DNA from: Candidatus Aenigmatarchaeota archaeon
Lineage (GTDB): Archaea; Aenigmatarchaeota; Aenigmatarchaeia; QMZP01; JAFGSV01
Direction of reading: 5' to 3'
Assembly (NCBI GenBank): GCA_016931255.1
Contig: JAFGFG010000009.1
Coordinates: forward strand, 164,661-228,660
Length of the DNA stretch: 64,000 bases
Made by a program: the position numbers and the translations under genes. Every line of letters begins with the position of its first letter. Position 1 is the stretch's first letter. Shown piece after piece: positions 46,447 through 56,092 of the stretch. Under the pieces are notes generated by a model. The model was not told the DNA's origin. It searched no databases and was given only the letters and a program-made list of their open reading frames with translations.

Positions 46447-48920
46447 TCTTTATCACTCCATTGTACTTTTGCTGGATCCACGCCATCCTCGCCGGCCTTG
46501 AACTGGACTATTTCTCCGTTGGAGTTCTTGACCGAGAGCGAGGTTGTCACGCGGAGGTCCTGCAATGCATTGACAAGCCTTCTCTGCATGTAACCGCTTT
46601 TCCTTGTTCTCAGTGATTTGTCCATAAGGCCTTCACGGCCGTTCATTATGTTCCAGAATAATTCTGTGGGGCTGAGTTCCTGCTTGAAACCATTCTTAAC
46701 GAAACCATGCCCGGCTGCTGAAAGGTCACCCTTCCTGAAATGAGGAAGCGTCCTGTTGAAGAAACCCCTCTTTATCCTCTGGCCGAGTATAGCCTCCTGG
46801 CCGACGCATGCAGCCATCTGCGTTGCGTTGATAAGAGAACCCTTTGATCCTGAATTTGTCATCGTAAGTATGTCACTGTCCTTGATGTTCTCCTTCACTA
46901 TCTCAGAAACGCTGTTTAGCCCTTCTGCAAGAACATTGAGTATCTGGCTTTCGAGCGACTCACTCTTTGTCATCCCAGGCAGTATCCTAATCTCTCCGGC
47001 GTTGTATTTCTCGATGAGGTCATTCGAATGCTTCTCCGCAAGGTCTACCCTTTTCTTGACCTTGACAAGCGTCTCTTCCGGAAGGTCGAGGTCTGATATG
47101 CCTATTGAGAATCCCCTTCTTGCTATGAATGCAACAGCAAGCCTGCCGGCATTGTCTATGAAGTTCTTTATTTCCTCGGTCTCGACAATCCCGTGGAGTT
47201 TGCTTATTATCTTACCCTTAAGTGCGCCGACAGCTGATGAGTCTATTGCACCCTGAAGCAGATGCCCATCCTTTATCTTTACGTAAGAATCAAACTTGCA
47301 TGCATCGCCGATGCATTTATCACACTGCTTGCAGCAGTTCGCCTTGAAATCCATGTTGAGACCCCTCGGAAGTAACAGGCTGAATATTTCCTTTCCTGTG
47401 AATTCCTTCCGTCCGTCAGGGAGGTCTATGTCTATACCAGCCCTTCCGAAAAGATTTGCCGTTTCCTTCCTGCTGACTTTTACATCGCCGTGCGTCAGAA
47501 GATACATGCCTGATATCTGGTCAAGGTCTAGTCCTATTAACGGACCGCCGAACCTTGGTGAAATTATGTTGTTCTTCACATCTATGAGCTCTGATGCTTC
47601 TACCCTTGATTCCTCTGTCTGTAGTGCGTGGAGGTTCATCTCGTCGCCGTCGAAGTCTGCGTTGTATGGCGGGCACACCTGAGGGGATATCCTGAAGGTC
47701 TTCCCTGGCATGACCCTTACTCTATGGGCCATTATGGATGGCCTGTGAAGGGATGGCTGCCTGTTGAAAAGGACTATGTCACTGTCAGTGAGCTGCCTGT
47801 CGATAATCCAGTCGCTTGTTATGTTCTCTATAAGCTCTTCCTTGTTATCATCTGTCACCTTTATTCTCCTTCCGTCAGGCCTCTTTGCGTAGTTGGCCTT
47901 GCCAGATCTTATGAGTTCTTTTATGTGGTTTATGCTGAGCTTCGTTACAGGAACCTCAATTGTCAGTTCTTTGGCTATAACATCCGGAACACCGACCTCG
48001 TTGATTGAAATCCTCGGGTCAGGCGATATGACTGTTCGTGCAGAGAAGTTTACCCTCTTGCCGAGAAGGTTGCCTCGTATCCTTCCTTCCTTCCCCTTCA
48101 TCCTCTGTATCATTCCCTTGAGCGGCCTTCCGCTCCTGTGCCTTGCCTGAGGTATGCCGGTAAGCTCGTTGTCGAAGTATGTTGTAACATGATACTGCAG
48201 AAGCTCCCACAGGTCCTTGATAATGAAATCAGGCGCACCTATGTCTATGTTCTCCCTGAGTGACTGGTTTATCCTGACTATGTCCACGAGCTTGTGCGTG
48301 AGGTCGTCCTCTGACTTCTCACCGCTTTCCAGTGTGATGCTAGGTCTTGTTGTCACAGGTGAAACCGGGAAGAGTGTAAGTATCATGCTTTCAGGCCTTC
48401 CGCCCTTGAACCCAACCCTCTTCAGCTCGTCTTCGGGTATGGCTTCAAATCGTTCCCTTATTTCCTGGGGTGAAAGCTCTTCCTTCTCCTCGTAGAATGT
48501 ATTGGGCTTGAGGAACTTTATCTTTCCCTGCTCTGCTCCGCAATGCGGGCACTTGCTTGGTGGGTTCCTTCCGAGCTCCTTGCTTGCCTTCTTGTCTTCA
48601 GGCTTTGAAAGTATCTTTCCGCACTTTGTGCAGGATATCTTGAGCATCTTGTATATGGCTTTTGTGTAAAGTATGTTTACAACAGGCTTCGCAAGCTCGA
48701 GATATCCGAAATGGCCCGGGCAGTCTCCTATTCCTGCACCGCATGTCCTGCAGTGAAGGCCTGGGTCCACGACACCGAGCCTTGGGTCCATGACGCCGCC
48801 TTCAACCGGATATCCGTCCACATCATATAGGTCTGAAGTGACTATTCTCACAGCTGCCAGTGACTTCACGTCTTCAGGTGTCAGTATGCTGAAACTTATA
48901 CCCTTTATCCTTGATACCAT
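46443..48920 (-). CDS. rpoA1: DNA-directed RNA polymerase subunit A'
   Basis: Zn-binding CxxC N-terminus, [10 protein letters not shown] (catalytic Mg) and the clamp and dock regions. Confidence 0.95.
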   Translation of the reverse strand: MVSRIKGISFSILTPEDVKSLAAVRIVTSDLYDVDGYPVEGGVMDPRLGVVDPGLHCRTCGAGIGDCPGHFGYLELAKPVVNILYTKAIYKMLKISCTKCGKILSKPEDKKASKELGRNPPSKCPHCGAEQGKIKFLKPNTFYEEKEELSPQEIRERFEAIPEDELKRVGFKGGRPESMILTLFPVSPVTTRPSITLESGEKSEDDLTHKLVDIVRINQSLRENIDIGAPDFIIKDLWELLQYHVTTYFDNELTGIPQARHRSGRPLKGMIQRMKGKEGRIRGNLLGKRVNFSARTVISPDPRISINEVGVPDVIAKELTIEVPVTKLSINHIKELIRSGKANYAKRPDGRRIKVTDDNKEELIENITSDWIIDRQLTDSDIVLFNRQPSLHRPSIMAHRVRVMPGKTFRISPQVCPPYNADFDGDEMNLHALQTEESRVEASELIDVKNNIISPRFGGPLIGLDLDQISGMYLLTHGDVKVSRKETANLFGRAGIDIDLPDGRKEFTGKEIFSLLLPRGLNMDFKANCCKQCDKCIGDACKFDSYVKIKDGHLLQGAIDSSAVGALKGKIISKLHGIVETEEIKNFIDNAGRLAVAFIARRGFSIGISDLDLPEETLVKVKKRVDLAEKHSNDLIEKYNAGEIRILPGMTKSESLESQILNVLAEGLNSVSEIVKENIKDSDILTMTNSGSKGSLINATQMAACVGQEAILGQRIKRGFFNRTLPHFRKGDLSAAGHGFVKNGFKQELSPTELFWNIMNGREGLMDKSLRTRKSGYMQRRLVNALQDLRVTTSLSVKNSNGEIVQFKAGEDGVDPAKVQWSDKE

Positions 48921-51900
48921 TATGCGTCACCAACCTTGAGTTTTGGAATTATGCACATTGAAGTCACCTCATCAAGCAGGAGCTTGAATGCGTATGATGT
49001 CTCCACCCATCTGACCTTGCTTTCCTTGCAAAGCTGGCAGTGTGTGCGGTTGTTCGACTTGTCATGTATCGCCATCATTCCGCAGTTCTCGCATACAGGT
49101 ATCATAGCTTTGTCCGAGTCGAACCTTTCCTTAAGCGTAAGTGCAGCACCGTGCGCCACAAGGCACTGCTGCTCCATTTCTCCGAGTCTCAGTCCGCCCT
49201 TCTTTGCACGGCCTTCTGTAGGCTGCCTTGTAAGAAGTGCAACAGGACCCCTTGACCTTGCATGGAGCTTATTTGCTACCATGTGATCGAGCTTGAGATA
49301 GAATGAAATTCCTGTGAATATCATCACTTCGTAGGCCTTTCCTGTTCTGCCGTCATAAAGTATTTCCTTTCCGTCTTCCCTGAATCCGGACCCAAGAAGA
49401 AGCCTTCTTATCTCTTCCTCTCTCATGTGTTCGAATGCGGTGCCCTTTATGTCTGCATTGGCGGTCATGGCCTTTGTCTTGCCTGCGAGTATCTCAAGCA
49501 GCTGGCCCATGGTCATCCTGCTTGGCACGCCGTGGGGGTTGAATATTATGTCAGGCACAACGCCCTTCGATGAGAATGGCATGTCTTCCTGAGGAACCAT
49601 GAGGCTTACGACACCCTTCTGTCCGTGCCTTGAAGCGAACTTGTCACCTATCTCAGGTATGCGCCTGTCACGCACCCTTATCTTGACTACGTGATTGCCG
49701 TTTGTGCTCTCTGATATCAGAATCTTGTCAGCAACACCCTGCTCTCCGTGCCTGACTGTTATTGACGTCTCCCTCTGGTTCTCTATTCCGGCTGCGAACT
49801 CCTCACCTGAAAGGAACCTCAGAGGGGATGTTTTTCCCACGAGAACTGAATCTGAATTTACCTGGGTTTCAGGATTTATTATGCCGTCAGCTGAAAGATG
49901 GGCATACGCTTCTTCGCCCCTGTGACCCTTTATGCCGGGTTCCGGTATGCTGATTTCATCCTCCTGTCCGCCCCAGTATCTCTTTTTCTCGGTTTCATAA
50001 GTTCTGTAGTACATTGACCTGAGGAGACCCCTGTCAACAGAGGACTTGTTCATTATTATGGCGTCGTTAAGGTTGTACCCGTCCATTGACATGACTGCTA
50101 ATACCACATTCTGTCCGCCCGGATAATCCCTTATGATTTGGGATGTGGCTGTGTCTATCAGTGGTGCCTGCGGGTAAATGAGTGTATTGAACTTTGTGTC
50201 AGTTCTTACCAGGAAATTGGTTGACGGGATGCCTATTGACTGTCCGACCATCTTTGCTCCGTAGTTAATCCTGTCACCTCTGTTATATCCCGGGTATGGT
50301 ATAAGCGTGGCCGGAAGGCCGAGCATTGCAAGGGGGGTTACCTCCGCGTGCGTGTGCTCTGCTGTGAGATTGACAGGCTTCATTGCGATGTATGAGTTTT
50401 CTTCTTCCTCAGCATCAATGTATTCCATCAGCCCGTGCTTCAGGAGGTATGATGTGTCAATTTCTCCCTTCGCCATTTTTGCGAGTATGTCATCAGTGAG
50501 CTTTATCTTCCCGTTCTCTGCAATAAGAAGAGGCCTTCGTGCCCTTCCGTTGTCTGTGTTTATCCTTATCTCGCCGAATTCAGCATAAATGACTACATTG
50601 AGCTGGTCGTTTATCAGGCCTGTCCTTCTTTTCTTCCTGAGGTTTTCCGTGACCTTTGTGGGTGCGAAAGTCCTTCCCATGAAGTCGCCGTTGAAATAAA
50701 TGTCATAAGCATGCTTTACTTCCTTGCCTGTGGCTTTTTCCATTTCAGCCCTAACGGACTTCACAAGCACATCATTCTCAGTCTTGCTGAGCCCCGGTGT
50801 TATCTCTGACAGGAGTGCAAGGTGCTTCCTGAGGCCGATTGAACTGCCTTCCGGTGTTTCTGCAGGGCAAAGCCTTCCCCATTCTGTGGGATGTATTTCT
50901 CGGGCGCTGAAGTGCTCCTGTGTGGTTGTAAGCGGCGACACAACGCTCCTGAGGTGTGAAATCGTCTTGAGGTAGCAGCTTCTGTCAAGTCTCTGGCTGA
51001 CGCCTGACCTGCCTCCTATCCAGTTTCCTGTTGCAAGTGATGAAAGAATCTGTTTTGTGACAGCGTTCGCCTCGACAATTCCCTGGACTGACGGCTGCTG
51101 TCCCCTCTTCGTAAGCTTCTGATAGTTGTAGGTCATCTTGGCGATGAGTCCCCATCGTCCAAGAAGCACAGACCTGAACAGCTGGGAAAGAAGCTCTCCT
51201 GACATGAGCAGCCTCTTGTTTCCGTAGTGGTCTATGTCATCCTCAGGTATCGCATCAAGCGATACTGATATGACCTTCTTCATTATCCTTGAAAGATAAA
51301 GTGCCTTTGACATCCTGTTGGATTTTTCCTGTCCGATGTGCGGAAGCAGGTACCTGTCAAGTATCTGGTTCACCCTTTCTATCCTGTAGTCTTCAGAAAC
51401 CTTGAGCTTCCTGCCCATCTCGTCGATGGCCTCGTTCTCGTCTATAGGCTCTGATTCGTAAAGTGAAACATAAAGTTCGTTCAGTATCTTCGGGTCGCTG
51501 CTTATGTTGTCGCAGATATCCTTGTCAGTTGACATCCCGAGCGCCTTGAGAAGGGTGACTATGGAAAGCCTTCTGATGTTTGCGAATGATATGGTGAGAG
51601 TGCCTTCAGGCCTTCTCTCTATCAGGTGCCTCTGTTTGAATCCGCTCCTCTCAGAGTTGACCCTTACTGTGACAGCGTCATCGTTCTTCTCGAAGACAGG
51701 CTTGTTGCCTGCTATCTCCTCTATAAGGACAAGTGCCCTCTCTGTTCCGTTGACAATGAAATATCCTGTTGCGTCATCAGGGTCTTCCCCTGCTTCTATG
51801 AGCTCCTTTCGTGTGATTCCGTATGTTGAGCAGAGCTTTGAACCTATCATGACCGGAAGGTCTCCGATGTGGACCCTTTCTGTCTTCTCCTGAACGCCGT

Positions 51901-52255
51901 TGACTATAGGTGTTATATTTACCCATATAGGGGCGGCATATGTGAAATTCCTTATCCTGCATTCATTCGGGAAAAGCGGGCTCTTGGTCTCCTTTGACCT
52001 TTTGTAGCCGTCGGATTCTATGAGATAAGGGCTTCCAACTTCGACCTTTCCGAATGAGAGCTTAACGTCACCCATGTCAGGAATGAGGTCAATGGTGCCT
52101 ATCTCGTTTATTATGTGCTGGAGACCGTTGTCAACAAATGCATTGAAAGAGTCTATCTGGAACTGGGTCCAGCCGTTCTCCTTTTCAAGGGTATTGAGAA
52201 CAGTAAGCAAGTCCATACCAGTGCCTACCCTTTTAACACCCTTTCCCTTAGTCAT
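48920..52255 (-). CDS. rpoB: DNA-directed RNA polymerase subunit B (unsplit, 1111 aa)
   Basis: A single ORF covers both the B'' and B' regions. It has GEMEQQCL and the C-terminal Zn ribbon CENCGMM...CQLCK. Confidence 0.95.
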   Translation of the reverse strand: MTKGKGVKRVGTGMDLLTVLNTLEKENGWTQFQIDSFNAFVDNGLQHIINEIGTIDLIPDMGDVKLSFGKVEVGSPYLIESDGYKRSKETKSPLFPNECRIRNFTYAAPIWVNITPIVNGVQEKTERVHIGDLPVMIGSKLCSTYGITRKELIEAGEDPDDATGYFIVNGTERALVLIEEIAGNKPVFEKNDDAVTVRVNSERSGFKQRHLIERRPEGTLTISFANIRRLSIVTLLKALGMSTDKDICDNISSDPKILNELYVSLYESEPIDENEAIDEMGRKLKVSEDYRIERVNQILDRYLLPHIGQEKSNRMSKALYLSRIMKKVISVSLDAIPEDDIDHYGNKRLLMSGELLSQLFRSVLLGRWGLIAKMTYNYQKLTKRGQQPSVQGIVEANAVTKQILSSLATGNWIGGRSGVSQRLDRSCYLKTISHLRSVVSPLTTTQEHFSAREIHPTEWGRLCPAETPEGSSIGLRKHLALLSEITPGLSKTENDVLVKSVRAEMEKATGKEVKHAYDIYFNGDFMGRTFAPTKVTENLRKKRRTGLINDQLNVVIYAEFGEIRINTDNGRARRPLLIAENGKIKLTDDILAKMAKGEIDTSYLLKHGLMEYIDAEEEENSYIAMKPVNLTAEHTHAEVTPLAMLGLPATLIPYPGYNRGDRINYGAKMVGQSIGIPSTNFLVRTDTKFNTLIYPQAPLIDTATSQIIRDYPGGQNVVLAVMSMDGYNLNDAIIMNKSSVDRGLLRSMYYRTYETEKKRYWGGQEDEISIPEPGIKGHRGEEAYAHLSADGIINPETQVNSDSVLVGKTSPLRFLSGEEFAAGIENQRETSITVRHGEQGVADKILISESTNGNHVVKIRVRDRRIPEIGDKFASRHGQKGVVSLMVPQEDMPFSSKGVVPDIIFNPHGVPSRMTMGQLLEILAGKTKAMTANADIKGTAFEHMREEEIRRLLLGSGFREDGKEILYDGRTGKAYEVMIFTGISFYLKLDHMVANKLHARSRGPVALLTRQPTEGRAKKGGLRLGEMEQQCLVAHGAALTLKERFDSDKAMIPVCENCGMMAIHDKSNNRTHCQLCKESKVRWVETSYAFKLLLDEVTSMCIIPKLKVGDA

Positions 52256-52256
52256 G

Positions 52257-52523
52257 TCACTTCACTACAAGCCTGAAATAATCAGCCTCACCGGCTGTCT
52301 GGGACTTTCTTGTTATCTTTATTACCTGACCAGGGACTGCTCCAATCATCTCTATGACCGGATCAGAAGAACGTATTTTCGGCAACTGGCTTTCTGTGAC
52401 ACCGTATTTTTCTAAAACAGCTTTCTTTTCTGCGTCCTTAAGAATTTCATGTTTCGGCACAAGTTCATGTTTCGTTATATCTACTATGCAATCACCCTCG
52501 AGTCTGCGAATCCCCAGTAACAT
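52257..52523 (-). CDS. rpoH: DNA-directed RNA polymerase subunit H
   Basis: Rpb5-like, with HELVPKHEIL and GQVIKITR. Confidence 0.85.
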   Translation of the reverse strand: MLLGIRRLEGDCIVDITKHELVPKHEILKDAEKKAVLEKYGVTESQLPKIRSSDPVIEMIGAVPGQVIKITRKSQTAGEADYFRLVVK

Positions 52524-52549
52524 TGTAAATAGATGAATTAACTATTAAA

Positions 52550-52575
52550 TCACTCGCATATATATAAACCTTTCG
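52550..52575 (-). promoter_or_regulatory. Putative TATA box for the rpoH-rpoB-rpoA operon
   Basis: On the minus strand, GGTTTATATATATGCG lies about 35 nt upstream of the rpoH ATG. Confidence 0.35.
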
Positions 52576-52649
52576 GTGTTTGGGCCAAAAACTCCTCAAA
52601 ACAGCGTTTTCGCATGCAAATATTCATTCTGCGGTCTGTAAAAATGTAA

Positions 52650-52887
52650 TGGGCCCGGCAGGATTTGAACCCGCGACACCCAGGTTTGTTCTGTCATCGG
52701 ACCCTTTTGCGGTTCAGTGGTTCGCAAAGCGTCCACGGAAAACCTCCGCTTGGGGGTCCTTTACACGCTTTTAACGCGTTTGCTGAAGCTTTTTGAAAGC
52801 TCCAATGACATTAAAAGCTTCACCTGAGGTGCTGCACAACGTGCAACACGCTCGTCTAGTGCTCTAGCCAGACTGAGCTACGGGCCC
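52650..52887 (-). tRNA. tRNA-like gene with a ~160-nt structured insert (probably one or more introns). Isotype and exon junctions are unresolved
   Basis: The minus strand begins GGGCCCG-TA-GCTC-AGTCTGGCTA-GAGC (acceptor and D-arm). It ends A-CCTGG-GTGTC-GCGGG-TTCAAAT-CCTGC-CGGGCCC-A (anticodon-stem 3' half, variable loop, T-arm, acceptor, discriminator). In between are 9-10-bp hairpins (GAAGCTTTT/AAAAGCTTC) and a TAGACGAGC motif shared with the tRNA-Tyr intron. Confidence 0.55.
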
Positions 52888-53183
52888 ATTGCAAAGAAAT
52901 ATGGTTTCGTACTTTTAAATTAGTTAAGAAGAATCCGGACAGGACCCCTGGCGCAAAAGGCCCTGTCCGGCATGGAGGAATTTAATTTTCACGGACTATC
53001 GAATCATAGTCTTTTTCCCTTTCCAGGTGCTGCGAGCACAGGCACACTGTAAGGTCCTTTATGGTGCATCTGAATTCACTGTTTAATCCGCACGCTATGC
53101 AGGTCATGATAAAGCATTTGTATTCCGCTTATAAAGACTTTTCCCGACTTCTGTCCAGTGTTATTCCCAAATCTTTTCCGAGT

Positions 53184-53465
53184 CTATTCCCAGGTCACGT
53201 ACAGAAGCACGAGAAGTCCCATCATCTCAAGGAACTTGACAACTAGATGGAATGTCGTTATGGATGTTATTCCCTGCAAAAGAAGGGAGTTGTAGAAGTA
53301 CAGGCTCATAGCGTTCTCTAAGAGGAACATGACAGCGAAGAACAGCATCCCCATTGTCATCTTTGATTTAACGAGCTTGTGGTTCCTGGAGTATATGTAT
53401 ATGAGAACCAGCGTGAGGACCACATTCAGGCCGCTTATCCCGAGAACTATCTCATCAAACATCAC
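53184..53465 (-). CDS. Small membrane protein (3 TM), partner of the wHTH regulator
   Basis: Hydrophobic. Its start overlaps the upstream stop (ATGA). Confidence 0.45.
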   Translation of the reverse strand: MMFDEIVLGISGLNVVLTLVLIYIYSRNHKLVKSKMTMGMLFFAVMFLLENAMSLYFYNSLLLQGITSITTFHLVVKFLEMMGLLVLLYVTWE

Positions 53466-53755
53466 TTCTCACCTACCTTATTCTTTATTTCATTAAATAT
53501 ATCTTTTACGTTTTCGAACATTGCTGACGGGAAGTAAATTGTGCCGTATTTCTTCTCCTCTGCTGTGAGCACCCTGTTTTCCTCAAGGACGCGTATGTGG
53601 TGCTGGACAGTCTTGTAGTCGAGTTTGAGCTCCTTGCTTATCTGATGCATGTTGTATGGTCTCTTTTCGAGAAGGTTAACTATCCGTACCCTTGTCGGGC
53701 CGCCTTTGGTTGTAGCAAAGACATACCACAAAATCCGGCCGAAATTCCCGTTCAT
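53462..53755 (-). CDS. Winged-HTH transcriptional regulator
   Basis: It has ILWYVFATTKGGPTRVRIVNLL and MHQISKELKLDYKTVQHHIRVLEE. Confidence 0.6.
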   Translation of the reverse strand: MNGNFGRILWYVFATTKGGPTRVRIVNLLEKRPYNMHQISKELKLDYKTVQHHIRVLEENRVLTAEEKKYGTIYFPSAMFENVKDIFNEIKNKVGEK

Positions 53756-53789
53756 TGCTTTATTTTTCGTCAGAGAATTAAAAAAACAG

Positions 53790-53862
53790 CGCCCCGACCG
53801 GGATTTGAACCCGGGTCATGACCGTGACAGGGTCATATGCTAGGCCACTACACCATCGAGGC
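53790..53862 (-). tRNA. tRNA-Asp (GUC)
   Basis: The minus strand reads GCCTCGA-TG-GTGT-AGTGGCCTA-GCAT-A-TGACC-CTGTCAC-GGTCA-TGAC-CCGGG-TTCAAAT-CCCGG-TCGGGGC plus discriminator G. It forms a cloverleaf with anticodon loop CUGUCAC. Confidence 0.85.
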
Positions 53863-54093
53863 AGGTGAAATAAATTATGCAGCAACATCTTTTAAAGGTT
53901 TGCTGTTTCCGAGAAATATAAGAATTGGCAGCGATCTGGATTTCCCAGCCGAAACCAGTAATGTCCAGACCGTCAGAGAGCTTGACTTCCGTGTTCGAAA
54001 AGGGAACGGGTAAACCTCTCTCCTTTGGCCGCCGAATATTATATTACATGTGTCATTTATAAAGGTATTCCTTTGAAGGTTTCTATTGGTAAT

Positions 54094-54729
54094 ATGATAA
54101 AGGCAGTGATATTCGACTGGGACGGAACCCTTGCAGACAGCCTGAAGTACCATTATGCAGCATACAAGGTTGCACTTGAGCCTTATATGAAGCTGAAACC
54201 CGGGGACATCTATAAGAGGGAAGGCGGAAAGAGTATGGATATTATTTCAGACCTTCTGAGGAACGTTCAGATAGATGAGTATGAGATGAAGAGGATTGTT
54301 GAAAGAAAGCAGAAGTATTACAAATATAATGCAGTCTCAATCAGGATGCTTCCTGGTGGAAGGAAACTCATAGAGAATCTGAGGAAACTCAATTTCAAAA
54401 TAGGGCTTGCGACAGGCACTCACAGGGAAGGTCTTATGATGAGCCTTAAGGAAGACGAAGTCGGACTGTTCGATTATATTCTCACAGCTGACGAGACCAA
54501 GAAGGCAAAGCCGGACCCTGAGCCTTACATTAACTGCATGAAGGCGCTTGACGTGAGGCCCGAGGAGACCGTAGTAATCGAGAATGCGCCTCTCGGAGTC
54601 GAGTCAGCCAAGAGCGCAGGATGCCTTTGCGTGGCCATAACGAGCACCGTGAAAAAAGAAGACCTGAAAAGGGCTGATTTCGTGGTCGGGAGCCTCGATG
54701 AAGTCGGGGACATCATAAAGAGCCTCTGA
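54094..54729 (+). CDS. HAD-IA family hydrolase (beta-phosphoglucomutase/phosphatase-like)
   Basis: Motif I VIFDWDGTLADS, motif II GLATGT and motif IV ENAPLGVESAKSAG. The start is re-set to MIKAVIFDWDG. Confidence 0.75.
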   Translation: MIKAVIFDWDGTLADSLKYHYAAYKVALEPYMKLKPGDIYKREGGKSMDIISDLLRNVQIDEYEMKRIVERKQKYYKYNAVSIRMLPGGRKLIENLRKLNFKIGLATGTHREGLMMSLKEDEVGLFDYILTADETKKAKPDPEPYINCMKALDVRPEETVVIENAPLGVESAKSAGCLCVAITSTVKKEDLKRADFVVGSLDEVGDIIKSL

Positions 54730-54811
54730 GTTTTCCGCTATCTTCTCGCTGCACATTCCAAACTTCCGTTTTCTGGCGTGCGCCACTGGGAAATGTTTAT
54801 AAATCCGGCTT

Positions 54812-55363
54812 TTGAATACACCCATCTATATGAAAGCCAACATCGTGCTGGAGGACATCGGTTCCAATGCATGGGAGAAATATGCAGGCCATATAATGCA
54901 GCTTGAGAATACATATCCCGAGTCCATGAGGTCCACTGAGGACGACATGGCTTATATACTGGATTCTGAGAAGAAAGTGGCCAAGATAGCATTTTCAGGC
55001 AATGAATGTCTGGGTGCTATCATAGGATTTCATGTCGCTCCGGAAGATTACGACTACTACGGGCTCTCCGGAATTCCCGAAGGCGCGAAAGTTATATACC
55101 TCATGAACATGGTCGTTAATCCGAAATACAGGGGAATGGGCTTCGGAAGGATGCTCCTGAATGAATTCATAAAGGATTCCAGAAAGAATGAATTCCATGT
55201 GATTGCAGGCCATTTCAGGCAGTCTTCCTCGCTTAATGCATTCAGGAAATCCGGTGGAGTGGAGAAGGCAGTCTTCAGTAACTGGGAAGGATCCGGAGAG
55301 GATTTCGTGCTCTGCTACCTGAATCTCTTCGGCATGACTCAGTCTCTTCCTGTCCCGGCATAG
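54812..55363 (+). CDS. GNAT-family N-acetyltransferase
   Basis: Motif A VVNPKYRGMGFGRMLL. Confidence 0.65.
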   Translation: MNTPIYMKANIVLEDIGSNAWEKYAGHIMQLENTYPESMRSTEDDMAYILDSEKKVAKIAFSGNECLGAIIGFHVAPEDYDYYGLSGIPEGAKVIYLMNMVVNPKYRGMGFGRMLLNEFIKDSRKNEFHVIAGHFRQSSSLNAFRKSGGVEKAVFSNWEGSGEDFVLCYLNLFGMTQSLPVPA

Positions 55364-55852
55364 TGAAAGCCTCGCGATTGAAAAACATATTTTCCTCACA
55401 TCTATGAAATTATGAAGGACATGTATCTGCGGCTACGGGGTCCAAGAACGAATGACCCCGCTAAACCGAATCTGTATCGAATATGTATCTATTCCTGCCC
55501 GGAGCCGGTGTAACCTGAGTCGTCACGGCTCCTGCGGCCGGAACGTAGTCTGCCTTCCCGTCAGCATACGAATGGAATATGCTTTCCAGATCCCATATGT
55601 CGCACATCTTTTCCATTTTTTCCATAAAGTCTTCGGTCATATTCAACCTCCTTAATTACATGTACCCGCAAGACCAGGACGAAAAGATTAACTTCTTCTG
55701 CCATGAAGGAGAACCAGTCCGCACCCGGCAACGGCTAATGAAATCACAGAGACTTCATTAGCACGATTAGCAATGCTGGGTGCATGGAATATTATTGGCC
55801 GCGCACCTTTTTAAGCATAGTGCTTTCACACGTGTTCCGGAAAAAATAAGAA

Positions 55853-56048
55853 ATCCCGAGAGGGAGATTTGTCCGCTCCTTTTCCGTTGACGCTTTTTCA
55901 TGTCTCTAACCGAAAAGGGTCATTGAACTCCCGGCCTATCGGTCTCTTTCGAGCGACTGCGTCCAACAAACACACTCATAAGACCGTGCATATATCACGG
56001 TGTGCTCGTCTACAGCCGATCGCTCTAGCCAGTCTGAGCTACCTCGGG
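55853..56048 (-). tRNA. tRNA-Tyr (GUA) with two putative introns (66 nt after position 37, and about 50 nt in the T-loop)
   Basis: The minus strand begins CCCGAGG-TA-GCTC-AGACTGGCTA-GAGC-G-ATCGG-CUGUAG. A 66-nt intron follows, then A-CCGAT-AGGCC-GGGAG-TTCA, a second insert, then AAAT-CTCCC-(T)-TCTCGGG-A. The anticodon loop CUGUAGA equals the canonical archaeal tRNA-Tyr loop. The anticodon stem ATCGG/CCGAT, the T stem GGGAG/CTCCC and the acceptor CCCGAGG/TCTCGGG pair perfectly or with one G-U. There is one extra T at the T-stem/acceptor junction. Confidence 0.55.
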
Positions 56049-56092
56049 ATTTGTATAGAATATAAGAAGAGATAAACCTTAAAAAAGTAAGC

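Noticed and set aside
56003-56048. The 45-bp segment resembling the 5' part of the 52650..52887 tRNA-like gene, read as an att-site direct repeat bracketing a 3.1-kb integrated element
   Set aside because: The intervening genes are ordinary (HAD, GNAT, regulator, tRNA-Asp). The similarity is mostly in the generic D-arm. The segment is better explained as the 5' exon of a complete two-intron tRNA-Tyr whose 3' elements were found downstream.
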